From: a virus | IMG/VR virus record: IMGVR_UViG_3300022939_000016 | Coordinates: 14,730-78,729 of that record | DNA: 64,000 nucleotides | Strand: one strand, 5' to 3' | In this document: in pieces, positions 29,421 to 38,959 of the stretch | Position numbering within the stretch: position 1 is the stretch's first letter | Layout: each line of letters opens with the position of its first letter | Program-made: the position numbers and the translations under genes | The notes under the pieces: generated by a model | Told to the model about the DNA's origin: nothing | What the model saw: only the letters and a program-made list of their open reading frames with translations | The model's database searches: none

Positions 29421-29836
29421 TTTTTTGTAAACTTAATATTGTATTTACTTTCAGAAGGTGAAAACTCTAACGTACTACAAACCAAAGACATTTCTGCCAT
29501 AATTTGTTTAACTAAAATAGCCGGATGAATATTGCTCTTGTCTTTTATGGCCTTGTTAAAATAGTCTTTATCTCTATTTCTTATTGTGTTTTTACAAAGT
29601 AGGTCAATGTCGGTATCTTGTATGAAGCACTCTCCACCCATCCTGAGCTTTTTAGCACAAAAGCTCAAGCACTTAATGAAATCATCATTGTCTACATAAG
29701 AAAGAGCGTCTTCAACGATTATCTGCATAATCGAATCATTAGGAAGTAGGTCTTCAGATATTTCCGCTATCTCTACGGTTTTTATGTTTTCTATTATACT
29801 ACTACTATTTTTTTTGCTGTATATCTGCAATTTCAT
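29417..29836 (-). CDS. Truncated class I SAM-methyltransferase-like protein
   Basis: DSIMQIIVEDALSYV...CAKKLRMGGECFIQDTD matches the C-terminal MTase motifs; no GxG motif I. Likely start MKLQ at 29836. Confidence 0.5.
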   Translation of the reverse strand: MKLQIYSKKNSSSIIENIKTVEIAEISEDLLPNDSIMQIIVEDALSYVDNDDFIKCLSFCAKKLRMGGECFIQDTDIDLLCKNTIRNRDKDYFNKAIKDKSNIHPAILVKQIMAEMSLVCSTLEFSPSESKYNIKFTKK

Positions 29837-29837
29837 T

Positions 29838-30824
29838 TTATAAACTCCGTGTTGCCTCAAAGGTTTGGTTCCAATGTTCTAAAAAGACATCTTCTCTAAA
29901 ATCAGCTAATATTTTTTTTCTGGCGTTGTCGCCCATTTTTCTCGCCAGTTCTGGATCGTCTAAAAGTTGCTGAGTATATTTTTTTAACTCTTTTTCATCA
30001 TTTGATATAAAACCCTCTACCCCATGAGTAATAACTTCCGGTATCATACATGTTGCTTTTGACACAACGGCGCACCCACAAGACATTGCTTCTAACACTG
30101 ATTTTGGTATGGGACTAAACGTTGATGAGTTTAAAAATACGGAATGAGAATTATAAATATCAACTAGCTTCTCGACAGATTCAGTTGGCTCTGACAGACC
30201 GGGATTATCTCCAACCAAGGTAAAATCTAAGCCTTCTACTATATCCTTCCACCCCGTAAAATTCAAGCAATAGTCTCTATTGATAAAATCGTTAGCGACC
30301 GTTAATACTTTATTTTCTCTACTTTGTTTTTGATTGTGAAAAACTTTGGTATCGATAGAATGTTTAATTACTGTTGAGTTATATACAATTCCCCATTCAG
30401 ATCTGGAATATTCGGAAATAAAAACATTAACATCCCCAACCATTTCTCTCATGGCGTTTATTTGTCCACTTGCCACAAGGTTGGGTGTTGGCGTTGTATG
30501 TTCTAGGGAAATAAGGGGTATTTTTAAAATATTTCTTAGCCTATGAGCAATATTAAATTGATCAAATCTACTTTGGGCCAATATTAAATCAAAGCTCAAG
30601 TACGATAACAGCTTGTCCTCTGGCATTATTAGGTAGTTTTCTGGTATGCTTGCATATTCTTTTTTCCACTTCTTTCCCCCTCTTGCGTTTACTGCATAAA
30701 AATTATGTCCCGTTTTGCAAAGTTGGGTTTCATACCTTTCGTGCGTGGGGAAGGTGAGTATATTTAGCTTTCTACTTTTATTTTTATTGTTGGCTTTTTC
30801 TATGATTTCCTTGACTTTATTCAT
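29838..30824 (-). CDS. Glycosyltransferase, GT-B (GT4-like)
   Basis: VFISEYSR, IKHSIDTKVF, SVFLNSSTFSPIPKSVLEAMSCGCAVV, HGVEGFI, MGDNARKKI. Confidence 0.85.
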   Translation of the reverse strand: MNKVKEIIEKANNKNKSRKLNILTFPTHERYETQLCKTGHNFYAVNARGGKKWKKEYASIPENYLIMPEDKLLSYLSFDLILAQSRFDQFNIAHRLRNILKIPLISLEHTTPTPNLVASGQINAMREMVGDVNVFISEYSRSEWGIVYNSTVIKHSIDTKVFHNQKQSRENKVLTVANDFINRDYCLNFTGWKDIVEGLDFTLVGDNPGLSEPTESVEKLVDIYNSHSVFLNSSTFSPIPKSVLEAMSCGCAVVSKATCMIPEVITHGVEGFISNDEKELKKYTQQLLDDPELARKMGDNARKKILADFREDVFLEHWNQTFEATRSL

Positions 30825-31935
30825 TAATAATTTCCTTTATCTTTTCGCCAACCGTTTGTAAATTAAAATTTAAAGCCTGCTTATATCCCTCTTCGTTTTT
30901 CGGTTTATTTTGTTCAAAGTAAAATCGCATAGCTTCTACTGCCATTCTTTCGTCTGGTCTCGCCCAATATTCGTTTCCTGTGAATATGTGTTCAAAGGCA
31001 GCGCCTTCGTTAGAGCAAATCTCTTGGGATCTTTCTATTAAGTATCCCGTATCTCGATTGTCTTCTAAAATATAATCACATGGCCCTCCCCATCTCGTGC
31101 ATATGGGGTGGTTTCCATGACTCATTGCGTCGAATGATGGTATCGACCAAGCCTCTCCGTGAGAAAGATTTACAAAACAATCGCAAAGTTGATGTAAATT
31201 TTTTATCTCATTCTCAGAAAACCTTTCCGCAATAATAATTATATCTCCATAACTATCGTGATCTTTATATATAGCTAAATCTGTTCTTATTTTCTTGCAC
31301 ATTTCTTCCATGTGCATAAAAATTTGTCTTGGGTTGACTCCGAATTTTCCCACCTTTAAAATTAAACTTACATTTTCTTCTGGGCTAAATGCGCTATAAT
31401 AACATTTGATTATGGATTCTATATTTTTTCTTTTAGTTAAATCTGATATCGCATAAAACTTGTACGAAGACGTTGCGTTATATCTTTCAAAATTTACTTC
31501 CATTTTGTTTTCTTGTTTTATGATTTCCGTGTCGCAAGGTATTGGTACAACTTTAACATTTTTAATTCCGGCTTTTACTAAATCTGTTTTGTTTTCATTG
31601 CACGGAACCCAAACCTCATCCATTATTTCAAGATAATTAACCCAAATATTATGCTGTATATTATTAGATTCAAACATTGCATAAGCTATGTTTTTCTTAA
31701 ATTTGTTAGTTCCAACAAGCATGTGTGGCAAAACGTGCTGAATGCAAATATCGATGTCTTTTTCTTCTTTTTGTTCTAGTTCTGACAGCCAATCTGGAAT
31801 AGCACTATCTTTTGTGAGCGTAATATTTCTGCAAACAACTTCTATGCCAGCCTTAGTCATTGAAAGAATGATTCTTTCTGCCGACTTGGCCCAGCCGGTT
31901 CCTTCTTTGTAATGACCTATGTATAGTACTTTCAT
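30817..31935 (-). CDS. Glycosyltransferase, GT-B (GT4-like)
   Basis: DEVWVPC, KRKNIE, CDCFVNLSHGEAWSIPSFDAMSHG. Confidence 0.85.
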   Translation of the reverse strand: MKVLYIGHYKEGTGWAKSAERIILSMTKAGIEVVCRNITLTKDSAIPDWLSELEQKEEKDIDICIQHVLPHMLVGTNKFKKNIAYAMFESNNIQHNIWVNYLEIMDEVWVPCNENKTDLVKAGIKNVKVVPIPCDTEIIKQENKMEVNFERYNATSSYKFYAISDLTKRKNIESIIKCYYSAFSPEENVSLILKVGKFGVNPRQIFMHMEEMCKKIRTDLAIYKDHDSYGDIIIIAERFSENEIKNLHQLCDCFVNLSHGEAWSIPSFDAMSHGNHPICTRWGGPCDYILEDNRDTGYLIERSQEICSNEGAAFEHIFTGNEYWARPDERMAVEAMRFYFEQNKPKNEEGYKQALNFNLQTVGEKIKEIINE

Positions 31936-33590
31936 AAATTAAAAACCTCTGCTCTTTTTGTTTCCCATAGATTTATGTTGTTTCTTTTGTTCACTAGTTG
32001 TTCGTGTGCGTATTTGATTGTAAATGGTTGATTTTCAATTTTTTTAGAGAGAGATACCACTGAATCATCTTCATTAAAAAATGAACCTATAATTGGAGAT
32101 GTACTAAATCCATATATCAAATTATTCAAGATGTTGTCATATTCATAATTGTATTTGTCTTGTGGTTTGCATAAAGCTTTATCAAACAGCCAATTTACCA
32201 CATCTGGGTATGGGACATTGTTAAGTTCTTCTGGTATGTTACGTTCTGGTTTTTGTATATCTACTGGAGATTTCCAAGATTTTTCCAAACTTAAAGTTTC
32301 AACTGAGTCAAAATATGATTCCCAAACCTTTCCGCTAATTTCCCACTGGAATTTTTTCAAAAAGTTTTGCCGCATTTCAAATCCTTCTTTTTTTCTCATA
32401 GCTAATGGTTTTGAGAAAAATTCAGAAAACATTTGTGCGGCAGCGTCATTGTCTGGTACTGCTCTTTCGCATCCGGTTTCCATTTCTTTATAAAGAGACT
32501 TATAAGGTATAGCGTACCCATTTAGCTTTTTAATAACGCTAGACATGGCAGAGTAGTCAATGCTCATAACGGGAATTCCGCACGAAGCCGCCTCTACTTG
32601 TGGTAGCCCAAAGCCTTCCGAGTTTGCGTATTGAACGTATAAATCAAAACAATTCATAATTTTCGCCAAATCTGGATAAGATAGTCCGTTCTTAACATTA
32701 GCCAGTTTAGCGGAAAATTTACCAGTAAAGGGAGATCTTGTTACCGCCCCGTGAAAATGTGAGGCAAAAAATCTACCAGTTTCTAGGCATACATATGTAA
32801 ATAAAACATATGAGTGCAGAGAATGCTCTGATAATATCTCTGGCAAATCCCATCCAGCATCTGGATAGCTTGTGTGGCAATATAGCTTATACTCATTGGG
32901 ATTATTTGATGAGGATAAAAATTTTCTAAAAGCACTGAAGAGATCTGGGTAAAGCTTTCTTCTTTGATTTCTCATTACAGTCCCAATAATTTTTGTATTA
33001 GGATCAATTCCTAAACTTTCTCTTAAAGATTCTTTGTTTTCTATTGGTTTATATGAAAGGTCTGCCGAAGGAGACGCAGTTCCTATATAATTAATTTTAT
33101 TTCTGGATTGCTTTTTAAGCACTTCTCCAGACCAGTCTGAATAACTGAGGCAGGCATCTGCCGCGCTGTACATGTTAATCCACTCTTTTGCTTGTGGGTA
33201 TGCATCTACCGTTGGCATCAAAGCCCACTTAAAGAATTTCCTAAAGGGGGAATTGTGAACAAAGTCTGTCATCCAGAAATCTCTAATATCACAAACAATG
33301 TCTGGTAAAAATTCTAGGCACACCCTTTCAAAAGCAAAGCCTCCAAACTGACTTTTTGGATTACTTTTATATAGATTGGTTAATTCTTGGTTCGAAGGAT
33401 CTGGCATGACACCAAAAAATTTCCAAGGGGCTTTTGATCTGGGGTCTTTGTCCATACCATAAGCAGCTAATTCTGCTATTTCATATTTACCAGTACTATA
33501 CAAATATTTAAGTATTTCCCTTGTGTAAGTAGCGTACCCAGTATTAAGAAAGGTAGCTTCAGAACAGAACAGTATCCTAGTTTTTCTCAT
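31932..33590 (-). CDS. Glycosyltransferase, GT-B (GT4-like)
   Basis: NTGYA, RNQRRK, FDLYVQYANSEGFGLPQVEAASCGIPV (canonical ExFGLxxxEA). Confidence 0.9.
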   Translation of the reverse strand: MRKTRILFCSEATFLNTGYATYTREILKYLYSTGKYEIAELAAYGMDKDPRSKAPWKFFGVMPDPSNQELTNLYKSNPKSQFGGFAFERVCLEFLPDIVCDIRDFWMTDFVHNSPFRKFFKWALMPTVDAYPQAKEWINMYSAADACLSYSDWSGEVLKKQSRNKINYIGTASPSADLSYKPIENKESLRESLGIDPNTKIIGTVMRNQRRKLYPDLFSAFRKFLSSSNNPNEYKLYCHTSYPDAGWDLPEILSEHSLHSYVLFTYVCLETGRFFASHFHGAVTRSPFTGKFSAKLANVKNGLSYPDLAKIMNCFDLYVQYANSEGFGLPQVEAASCGIPVMSIDYSAMSSVIKKLNGYAIPYKSLYKEMETGCERAVPDNDAAAQMFSEFFSKPLAMRKKEGFEMRQNFLKKFQWEISGKVWESYFDSVETLSLEKSWKSPVDIQKPERNIPEELNNVPYPDVVNWLFDKALCKPQDKYNYEYDNILNNLIYGFSTSPIIGSFFNEDDSVVSLSKKIENQPFTIKYAHEQLVNKRNNINLWETKRAEVFNL

Positions 33591-34231
33591 TTTGTTAAAA
33601 ATCCCATTCCCCTTGTATAGTTTTCATACCTCGACATAGCTATTAATTTTCCTTGACAAACACAAGCATATTTATTACCAAGGCTTACCTCTTGTGCTAA
33701 CTGTATATTCATGTTTTCTATTTGATATTGACCCATTCTTAATTCTTTTTTATTTACGACATTGCTTACGTTCTTATACATGTCTTCTGTTGTGTAATAA
33801 AAATCATGCCGTGCGGTTTCTGGCTTCATTATATCTTTAATGCACTCATAAATAATCTCGTTGTCTTTTTCCGCATAAAGCAATGCCTGAAAAATCATAG
33901 GCCCAATAGCAGATATCACACTAAAAAAATTCAAGTTTTTTATGACATATGATGAAATTGGCATTTTGTGTTCAATGTCTATATCGCAGTAGTACCCACC
34001 TCTTTTAAGAAGATAACAATATCTGAAAAAATCCCCCTTGGTACAACCTTTTTCTAGCGTATGAAAAAAATCTACATAAGATTGATCATACTCTTTCTTA
34101 AGAAAGTTTACAACATCTTCGTCTGAAAAAAATAAAACATCCTTTTCAGGATTTAATTTTTTAATATTGCTAATTATATAGCTGGGGATTTTATTGTCTC
34201 TGTAGGTTAATATAATATTATCTGGAATCAT
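33587..34231 (-). CDS. Glycosyltransferase, GT32/OCH1-like (DxD sugar-binding)
   Basis: MIPxxI, KLNP, DFFRYCYLLKRGGYYCDID. Confidence 0.85.
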   Translation of the reverse strand: MIPDNIILTYRDNKIPSYIISNIKKLNPEKDVLFFSDEDVVNFLKKEYDQSYVDFFHTLEKGCTKGDFFRYCYLLKRGGYYCDIDIEHKMPISSYVIKNLNFFSVISAIGPMIFQALLYAEKDNEIIYECIKDIMKPETARHDFYYTTEDMYKNVSNVVNKKELRMGQYQIENMNIQLAQEVSLGNKYACVCQGKLIAMSRYENYTRGMGFLTK

Positions 34232-34545
34232 TAATCTTCTTCTTCTTCATTACATATATCAAATTCGTTGACCCTAAATATTAATTCGTCATCATCCTTA
34301 GATCTATGCTTTACAGAGGCGTGAATGGTTATCTTGCTTCCTTTTCTTGTATTTCTTTCTATTATTTCTGCCCCGGTGTGCCACGCTTCGCATTGTATGT
34401 ATGTTGGCGTTCTGTTTTTTTCTCCCGTCTTTTTTGTTTTTCTGTAGCTATAAACAACCATTACAAATTCAGACAGTAAAACATCGCCAACAAAATTAGT
34501 CCTTGGATTTTCTACCAAATATCCAGTAAAACAACAGTGATTCAT
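34231..34545 (-). CDS. ssb: Single-stranded DNA-binding protein (short OB fold)
   Basis: MNHCCFTGYLVENP...YIQCEAWHTGAE...KGSKITI; short acidic tail EEED; AGGAGG SD. Confidence 0.8.
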   Translation of the reverse strand: MNHCCFTGYLVENPRTNFVGDVLLSEFVMVVYSYRKTKKTGEKNRTPTYIQCEAWHTGAEIIERNTRKGSKITIHASVKHRSKDDDELIFRVNEFDICNEEEED

Positions 34546-34592
34546 AATACCTCCTATCGTAGTATATTAGCTGCTACACCACAAAAAAACAA

Positions 34593-36158
34593 CTAAACTT
34601 CGTGAATTTTCTCAATAATAAAAGACGAGTCGTTTTTAGCAACAGACCCGCATAGAATTAAATTATTACCTTCGTATAAAATGTATTTATATTTTTGCTT
34701 TGTTTTCGGAAAAGCTATAACGCTGTCTAGTACGCAGGTGTCGTCTTCTATGGTTAAAAACGACATTATTTGCCCCTTTGAGTCTCCCTTGCTTATTTTA
34801 TAATCTGACACTCGCTGTATATTAGCTACCACGCATAAGTTCTGCCCATGTTTGCCATTAATTATTTCCTTGCAAGTTGTGTTGGCGGCAGATGTATCTG
34901 AAACGTCTATTTTTGATAATGTTATTGGGCAGCCCAAAAACTTTACTTCTTGGTCAATTATCCAAGTTGGTTCATCTTCCAAGCTGTATGGTGGATTTTC
35001 TAATAAATTTACTTCATTGTTGATGATCTGTTTCCTTTCTTGTTTGCTAGTTCCTCCCCCCTCTTTCTTTGTTGGAGCTAAATCTATAAGTGCAGATGTA
35101 AAATCTTTCCACTTTTTACTTTCATAGTTGTTAGCAAGCCATTTCTTTTCTGCTTGAGTCAAAACCCTGTATATTTCGTAATCGTATAGAGCCTTATTCC
35201 TCGTGACCTTGCCGTTAAAGTCTCTAAAGAAACCTATAGATGCCAGAGCCTTAAAGGCAGTAGAATTAATACGAGGAGAGAAAAACAATAGCAATTCCAC
35301 CCATGAAAACTTTGTTATTTTTTTATCCAATTCTAATTCTGATTCTAATATTGACCTTAGTACAGAATCTCCAGTTTTTCCTGTTAGAGATTTGATATCC
35401 TTAATACCAAAATATATTTTATGTTTTTTTGCATTAAACTTTTCTTGATAATTAGCAATGCTAGGCGTTTTGGTATGAATTTCAAAAAGCTTTGCTTCTG
35501 AAACTAATTCATATATCTCCTGATGCGGATCTTGCTTCTCGTTAGCGTAATATAAGTAAGATAGAAAGAATTCTTCTGGATTGTGGGCCTTTTGATACGC
35601 ACTCCAATATGAACATACGGCGTATGATATACTGTGAGACTTGTTAAAGGCGTAACGTGACGATGCCTGAATCCATCCAAAGATTTGTTCTGCCTCTTCC
35701 TTAGTTACAATCTTGGCCTTCTTAGCTCCAGCTATGAACTTTTTCTTAACCTTAGCCATTAGGTCAGCCTTTTTCTTTCCGATGGCTTTACGAAGCTCGT
35801 CAGCTTCTTGTAGATCGAATCCAGCGATCTTTTGGGCGATACGCATGGACTGCTCCTGATAAACCAGAACGCCATATGTTGGTGCTAGGATTTCCTCTAA
35901 CGCTTCATGCAAGTATGTTACTTCTTCACGGCCATGCTTACGGTCAATGAAGTGCTGTGTCATAGACTTACCATCAACATAAGCCTTGAGGCATCCCGGC
36001 CTAATAATTGCAATAAGTGCGGACAGTTCTTCGATATTACTTGGAGCAAGTTTCTTTGACCACGATTTACCAAGGTTGCTTTCTAGCTGAAAGACACCTT
36101 TAGTTTTACCGTCTGCAAATAGTTGCCAAGTTTTCTTGTCATTATATTCCATTGTCAT
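34593..36158 (-). CDS. dnaE: DNA polymerase III alpha, C-terminal half (fingers, HhH, OB)
   Basis: GVFQLES, IRPG, TYGVLVYQEQ, EADELRKAIGKK, YAFNKSH, MSFLTIEDD; no intein motifs. Confidence 0.92.
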   Translation of the reverse strand: MTMEYNDKKTWQLFADGKTKGVFQLESNLGKSWSKKLAPSNIEELSALIAIIRPGCLKAYVDGKSMTQHFIDRKHGREEVTYLHEALEEILAPTYGVLVYQEQSMRIAQKIAGFDLQEADELRKAIGKKKADLMAKVKKKFIAGAKKAKIVTKEEAEQIFGWIQASSRYAFNKSHSISYAVCSYWSAYQKAHNPEEFFLSYLYYANEKQDPHQEIYELVSEAKLFEIHTKTPSIANYQEKFNAKKHKIYFGIKDIKSLTGKTGDSVLRSILESELELDKKITKFSWVELLLFFSPRINSTAFKALASIGFFRDFNGKVTRNKALYDYEIYRVLTQAEKKWLANNYESKKWKDFTSALIDLAPTKKEGGGTSKQERKQIINNEVNLLENPPYSLEDEPTWIIDQEVKFLGCPITLSKIDVSDTSAANTTCKEIINGKHGQNLCVVANIQRVSDYKISKGDSKGQIMSFLTIEDDTCVLDSVIAFPKTKQKYKYILYEGNNLILCGSVAKNDSSFIIEKIHEV

Positions 36159-36678
36159 ATTCTTGATTCTTAGTTAAACATAACTCTTCAAACGTTTTAC
36201 ATCTAAATTCTTCAAATTTAGGTATAGTATCTTCTTCTGTCTTGTAACCGTAGTTTATCGAACCCTGTTTGTTTGTAGGGTGTATGCTTACCATTTTAAT
36301 CCAATTTTTTTTAGGCAATGCGTAATACATTACATTTTGTTTTATGGAGTTGTATACAACTACTCTTAGAGTTCCATGTTTTTCTTTTCCCCCATGTGAA
36401 ACAACTCTATCGACCAATCCTCTTTTCCTGTTATTTATAGTAGAAGATTTACAATCGCTTCCGTCGCTAAAGTCCATGTGGTGACAATCTATTCTCTCGT
36501 ACCCACCAACGTATGACATCGCCTCTTCTAATAGTAGAGAAACATCAAACCATTCTGGATTAATTTTTTCGATGTTAACAGCTTCTGCAAAAGTTGGATG
36601 ATAAGGTATAATTACTTCCTTTATCAATATTTGCTTTTTTGTTTGTGTCAACGCGCTATTTAATGTAGAGATTTCCAT
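36142..36678 (-). CDS. Orphan ORF inside the split dnaE locus, possible PD-(D/E)xK nuclease
   Basis: Likely start MEIST at 36678 overlapping the dnaQ end. E...DFSDGSDCK pattern resembles a PD-(D/E)xK active site. Confidence 0.45.
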   Translation of the reverse strand: MEISTLNSALTQTKKQILIKEVIIPYHPTFAEAVNIEKINPEWFDVSLLLEEAMSYVGGYERIDCHHMDFSDGSDCKSSTINNRKRGLVDRVVSHGGKEKHGTLRVVVYNSIKQNVMYYALPKKNWIKMVSIHPTNKQGSINYGYKTEEDTIPKFEEFRCKTFEELCLTKNQEYDNGI

Positions 36679-37336
36679 CTGCAAACGCCCTTTCAAATTC
36701 GATGTTTTGGTAAACTGCTCTATGTGTTTTCAGCAGCTTTATGAATATGTTAGCGGTGTCTTTAACGTCCTGTAAGGCATCGTGAGCATTTTCCGAAGAT
36801 AAGCCCATGCGCTCACGTAAAGAATCCATACTAATTGATTTAACGCTAGGATCACTCTCAGTCCACAAGAAAACATTATCCATAAGATCCACTTTATATA
36901 CTTTGCTAAACAGTTTTTGCTGCAATCTTCCATCGTCCCAAGGTCCATATTGCCTGCATAATCGATTGATAATTACCATATCAAAACCAATGATATTATA
37001 GCCCACGGGAATTGGGGCGAAGAAAGGTTCACCCTTCCAGTTGTATTGATCAACAAATTTTGTAAACTTATTCCAAACAGACTTTAAAGCAGGTGCTTTA
37101 GATAACCCCTCTCTGGTTTTACCAGTGACCTTTAAGGCTCCTTCTTCAATTGGATCTATTCCGGCAGCAATTGCTTCGTCATCATCAAGAATTGGTTTAA
37201 TTTCACTATTAAAAGTTCCCTTAAGCGTTAGGCTTCTTCCATCAAGAGCCACTGCGGCTATCTGTGTAGGCTGTGTTTTGTTAGGATTGCGAGATCCTGT
37301 TTCAAAGTCAAATACAATATAATCCCTATTAGCCAT
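36656..37336 (-). CDS. dnaQ: DEDDh 3'-5' exonuclease (Pol III epsilon-like)
   Basis: ExoI VFDFETG, ExoII GYNIIGFD, ExoIII AHDALQD. Confidence 0.9.
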   Translation of the reverse strand: MANRDYIVFDFETGSRNPNKTQPTQIAAVALDGRSLTLKGTFNSEIKPILDDDEAIAAGIDPIEEGALKVTGKTREGLSKAPALKSVWNKFTKFVDQYNWKGEPFFAPIPVGYNIIGFDMVIINRLCRQYGPWDDGRLQQKLFSKVYKVDLMDNVFLWTESDPSVKSISMDSLRERMGLSSENAHDALQDVKDTANIFIKLLKTHRAVYQNIEFERAFADGNLYIK

Positions 37337-38888
37337 TTTTTATCTCCTGTATTTTCATTAGTTTATCTAGGAGATTAATTCCTAGAACATCAAACTTTAC
37401 ATGACCTAGAGCTTCTAAGTCAGACATTTCCAATCCTGCGATCTTTTCTGACGATCCTTTCTGTTTAACCATTGGACACACTTGGTGTAGAGGATCTTTT
37501 GATATGACAACGCCAGCGGCATGTTTGCCTTGAGTCTTAAAAGTCCCCTCAATGTCTATGGCCTGCTGGAAATATTGGGCATAATCACCTTCTAGTTTTC
37601 CATTTTCCAGAATGTGACAAAAATCCCTCAACTCATCAGCACGATTCAATAATGACCAACGAATAATAGATCTATCTTCATCATCCATATCTGCAAGTTG
37701 GTCAGAAATATCTGCTTCGTTTGGTATACTCTTTGTTATAGCGTTCATCTCGCCAAAAGAACAAGCGTCATTTATGCGCAGCACTTCTTTTATTGCGCTT
37801 CGCCCTTGCAGTCTACCAAACGTAATCATTTGACTTACATGATCCTTGCCGTATTTACCCTTGAGATAATCTATAACATCATCACGCCTCTTTCCCGGAA
37901 CGTCCATGTCAATATCTGGTAGAGATACGTGACCATCAGTGTTTCGTCCAGCATTGTAAAATCTTTCAAACAGTAAGTCGTATTCCACTGGGTCAATTTT
38001 TGTAATTCCAATTAAATATGATATCAAGCATCCAGCTGCCGATCCTCGTCCCGGACCAGCCAAGCATCCCATATCATGCTCTACGTGCCTGATAATATCC
38101 TGCACGATGAGGAAGTAGCCAAATAGATTTGCATCTTTAATGACTTGTAGTTCTGAATTAAATCTATCTAGATATTTCTGCTTATCTTCTGGCTTCTTTA
38201 CTTTACCAGTGTCAATAAGATGACGTTTCCAGCCTTCTCTGGCAAGCACCTTGAGGTAATCTTCTTCAGATAATCCTTCTGGACAATCGAACTTGGGAAG
38301 CATGGGAGGACTGAGAATATCATAGTCTTCACATACTTCATAGATATGCTGCAACTCCTTTGTTACTGCAACGGGTTGTATACACTTGTCATCGTGCGTA
38401 AAGTATTGCGATACCGCTTTGTCCAGTTCGTTCTTGCGAAGCTGTTTTTGTATTTTAGGCAACGTGGTCTTTAGTGCTGAACATAATAATACTCTATGTA
38501 AACCAGCCTGTTTAGAATCAACATAATAGCTTGGTTGAATATTTTTACTTATAGATATGAGATTGTCCCTTGACATAATCTCTTGACAGAATTTTATATT
38601 AACATTTCCATCTTCGTCTAAAGATGATACCATTTCTATTAAGTCAAACCATCCATCTTTATTTCTCGCAAAGACTGCATTATTGTCAAAGGAGCAGCCA
38701 AGGATTGGCTTAACACCAACCTTCTTGCAAGCCTGAAAAAACGAAACACAACCAGAAATAGATTTGTAATCTGCAATACCACATGCTGGATAATCATTAT
38801 CAGCACAAATCTTGGCAAGTTCAGTTGGTTTTGAGAATCCTTTTAGCAAACTGTAATGTGTAAAATTACGCAATGGAAACCAATTCAT
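37329..38888 (-). CDS. dnaE: DNA polymerase III alpha, N-terminal half (degenerate PHP, palm/thumb)
   Basis: HYSLLKG, GYFLIV, GPGRGSAAG, LLFERF, PDIDMD, HAAGVVI, KFDVLG; stops shortly after the third catalytic Asp. Confidence 0.92.
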   Translation of the reverse strand: MNWFPLRNFTHYSLLKGFSKPTELAKICADNDYPACGIADYKSISGCVSFFQACKKVGVKPILGCSFDNNAVFARNKDGWFDLIEMVSSLDEDGNVNIKFCQEIMSRDNLISISKNIQPSYYVDSKQAGLHRVLLCSALKTTLPKIQKQLRKNELDKAVSQYFTHDDKCIQPVAVTKELQHIYEVCEDYDILSPPMLPKFDCPEGLSEEDYLKVLAREGWKRHLIDTGKVKKPEDKQKYLDRFNSELQVIKDANLFGYFLIVQDIIRHVEHDMGCLAGPGRGSAAGCLISYLIGITKIDPVEYDLLFERFYNAGRNTDGHVSLPDIDMDVPGKRRDDVIDYLKGKYGKDHVSQMITFGRLQGRSAIKEVLRINDACSFGEMNAITKSIPNEADISDQLADMDDEDRSIIRWSLLNRADELRDFCHILENGKLEGDYAQYFQQAIDIEGTFKTQGKHAAGVVISKDPLHQVCPMVKQKGSSEKIAGLEMSDLEALGHVKFDVLGINLLDKLMKIQEIKNG

Positions 38889-38927
38889 TCAATATCCTTA
38901 TTTCAAAGTAAGTCCTGTCAACAATTT

Positions 38928-38956
38928 ATTATAGCAATCGAACCATTTTTTTGCAA
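38928..38956 (-). promoter_or_regulatory. Sigma70-type promoter for the polymerase operon
   Basis: On the minus strand, TTGCAA-17 nt-TATAAT with an extended TG, in the intergenic gap about 40 nt upstream of dnaE-N. Confidence 0.75.
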
Positions 38957-38959
38957 ATT

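Noticed and set aside
34561-34592. Possible promoter upstream of ssb (TTGTTT-17-TAATAT or a GTGTAG variant)
   Set aside because: Matches to both the sigma70 and GTGTAT consensus are weak in AT-rich DNA; not called.
36159-37336. Split intein or group I intron joining the dnaE halves
   Set aside because: No intein splice-junction motifs at either end, and the interval is fully occupied by overlapping ORFs with no room for a ribozyme core.
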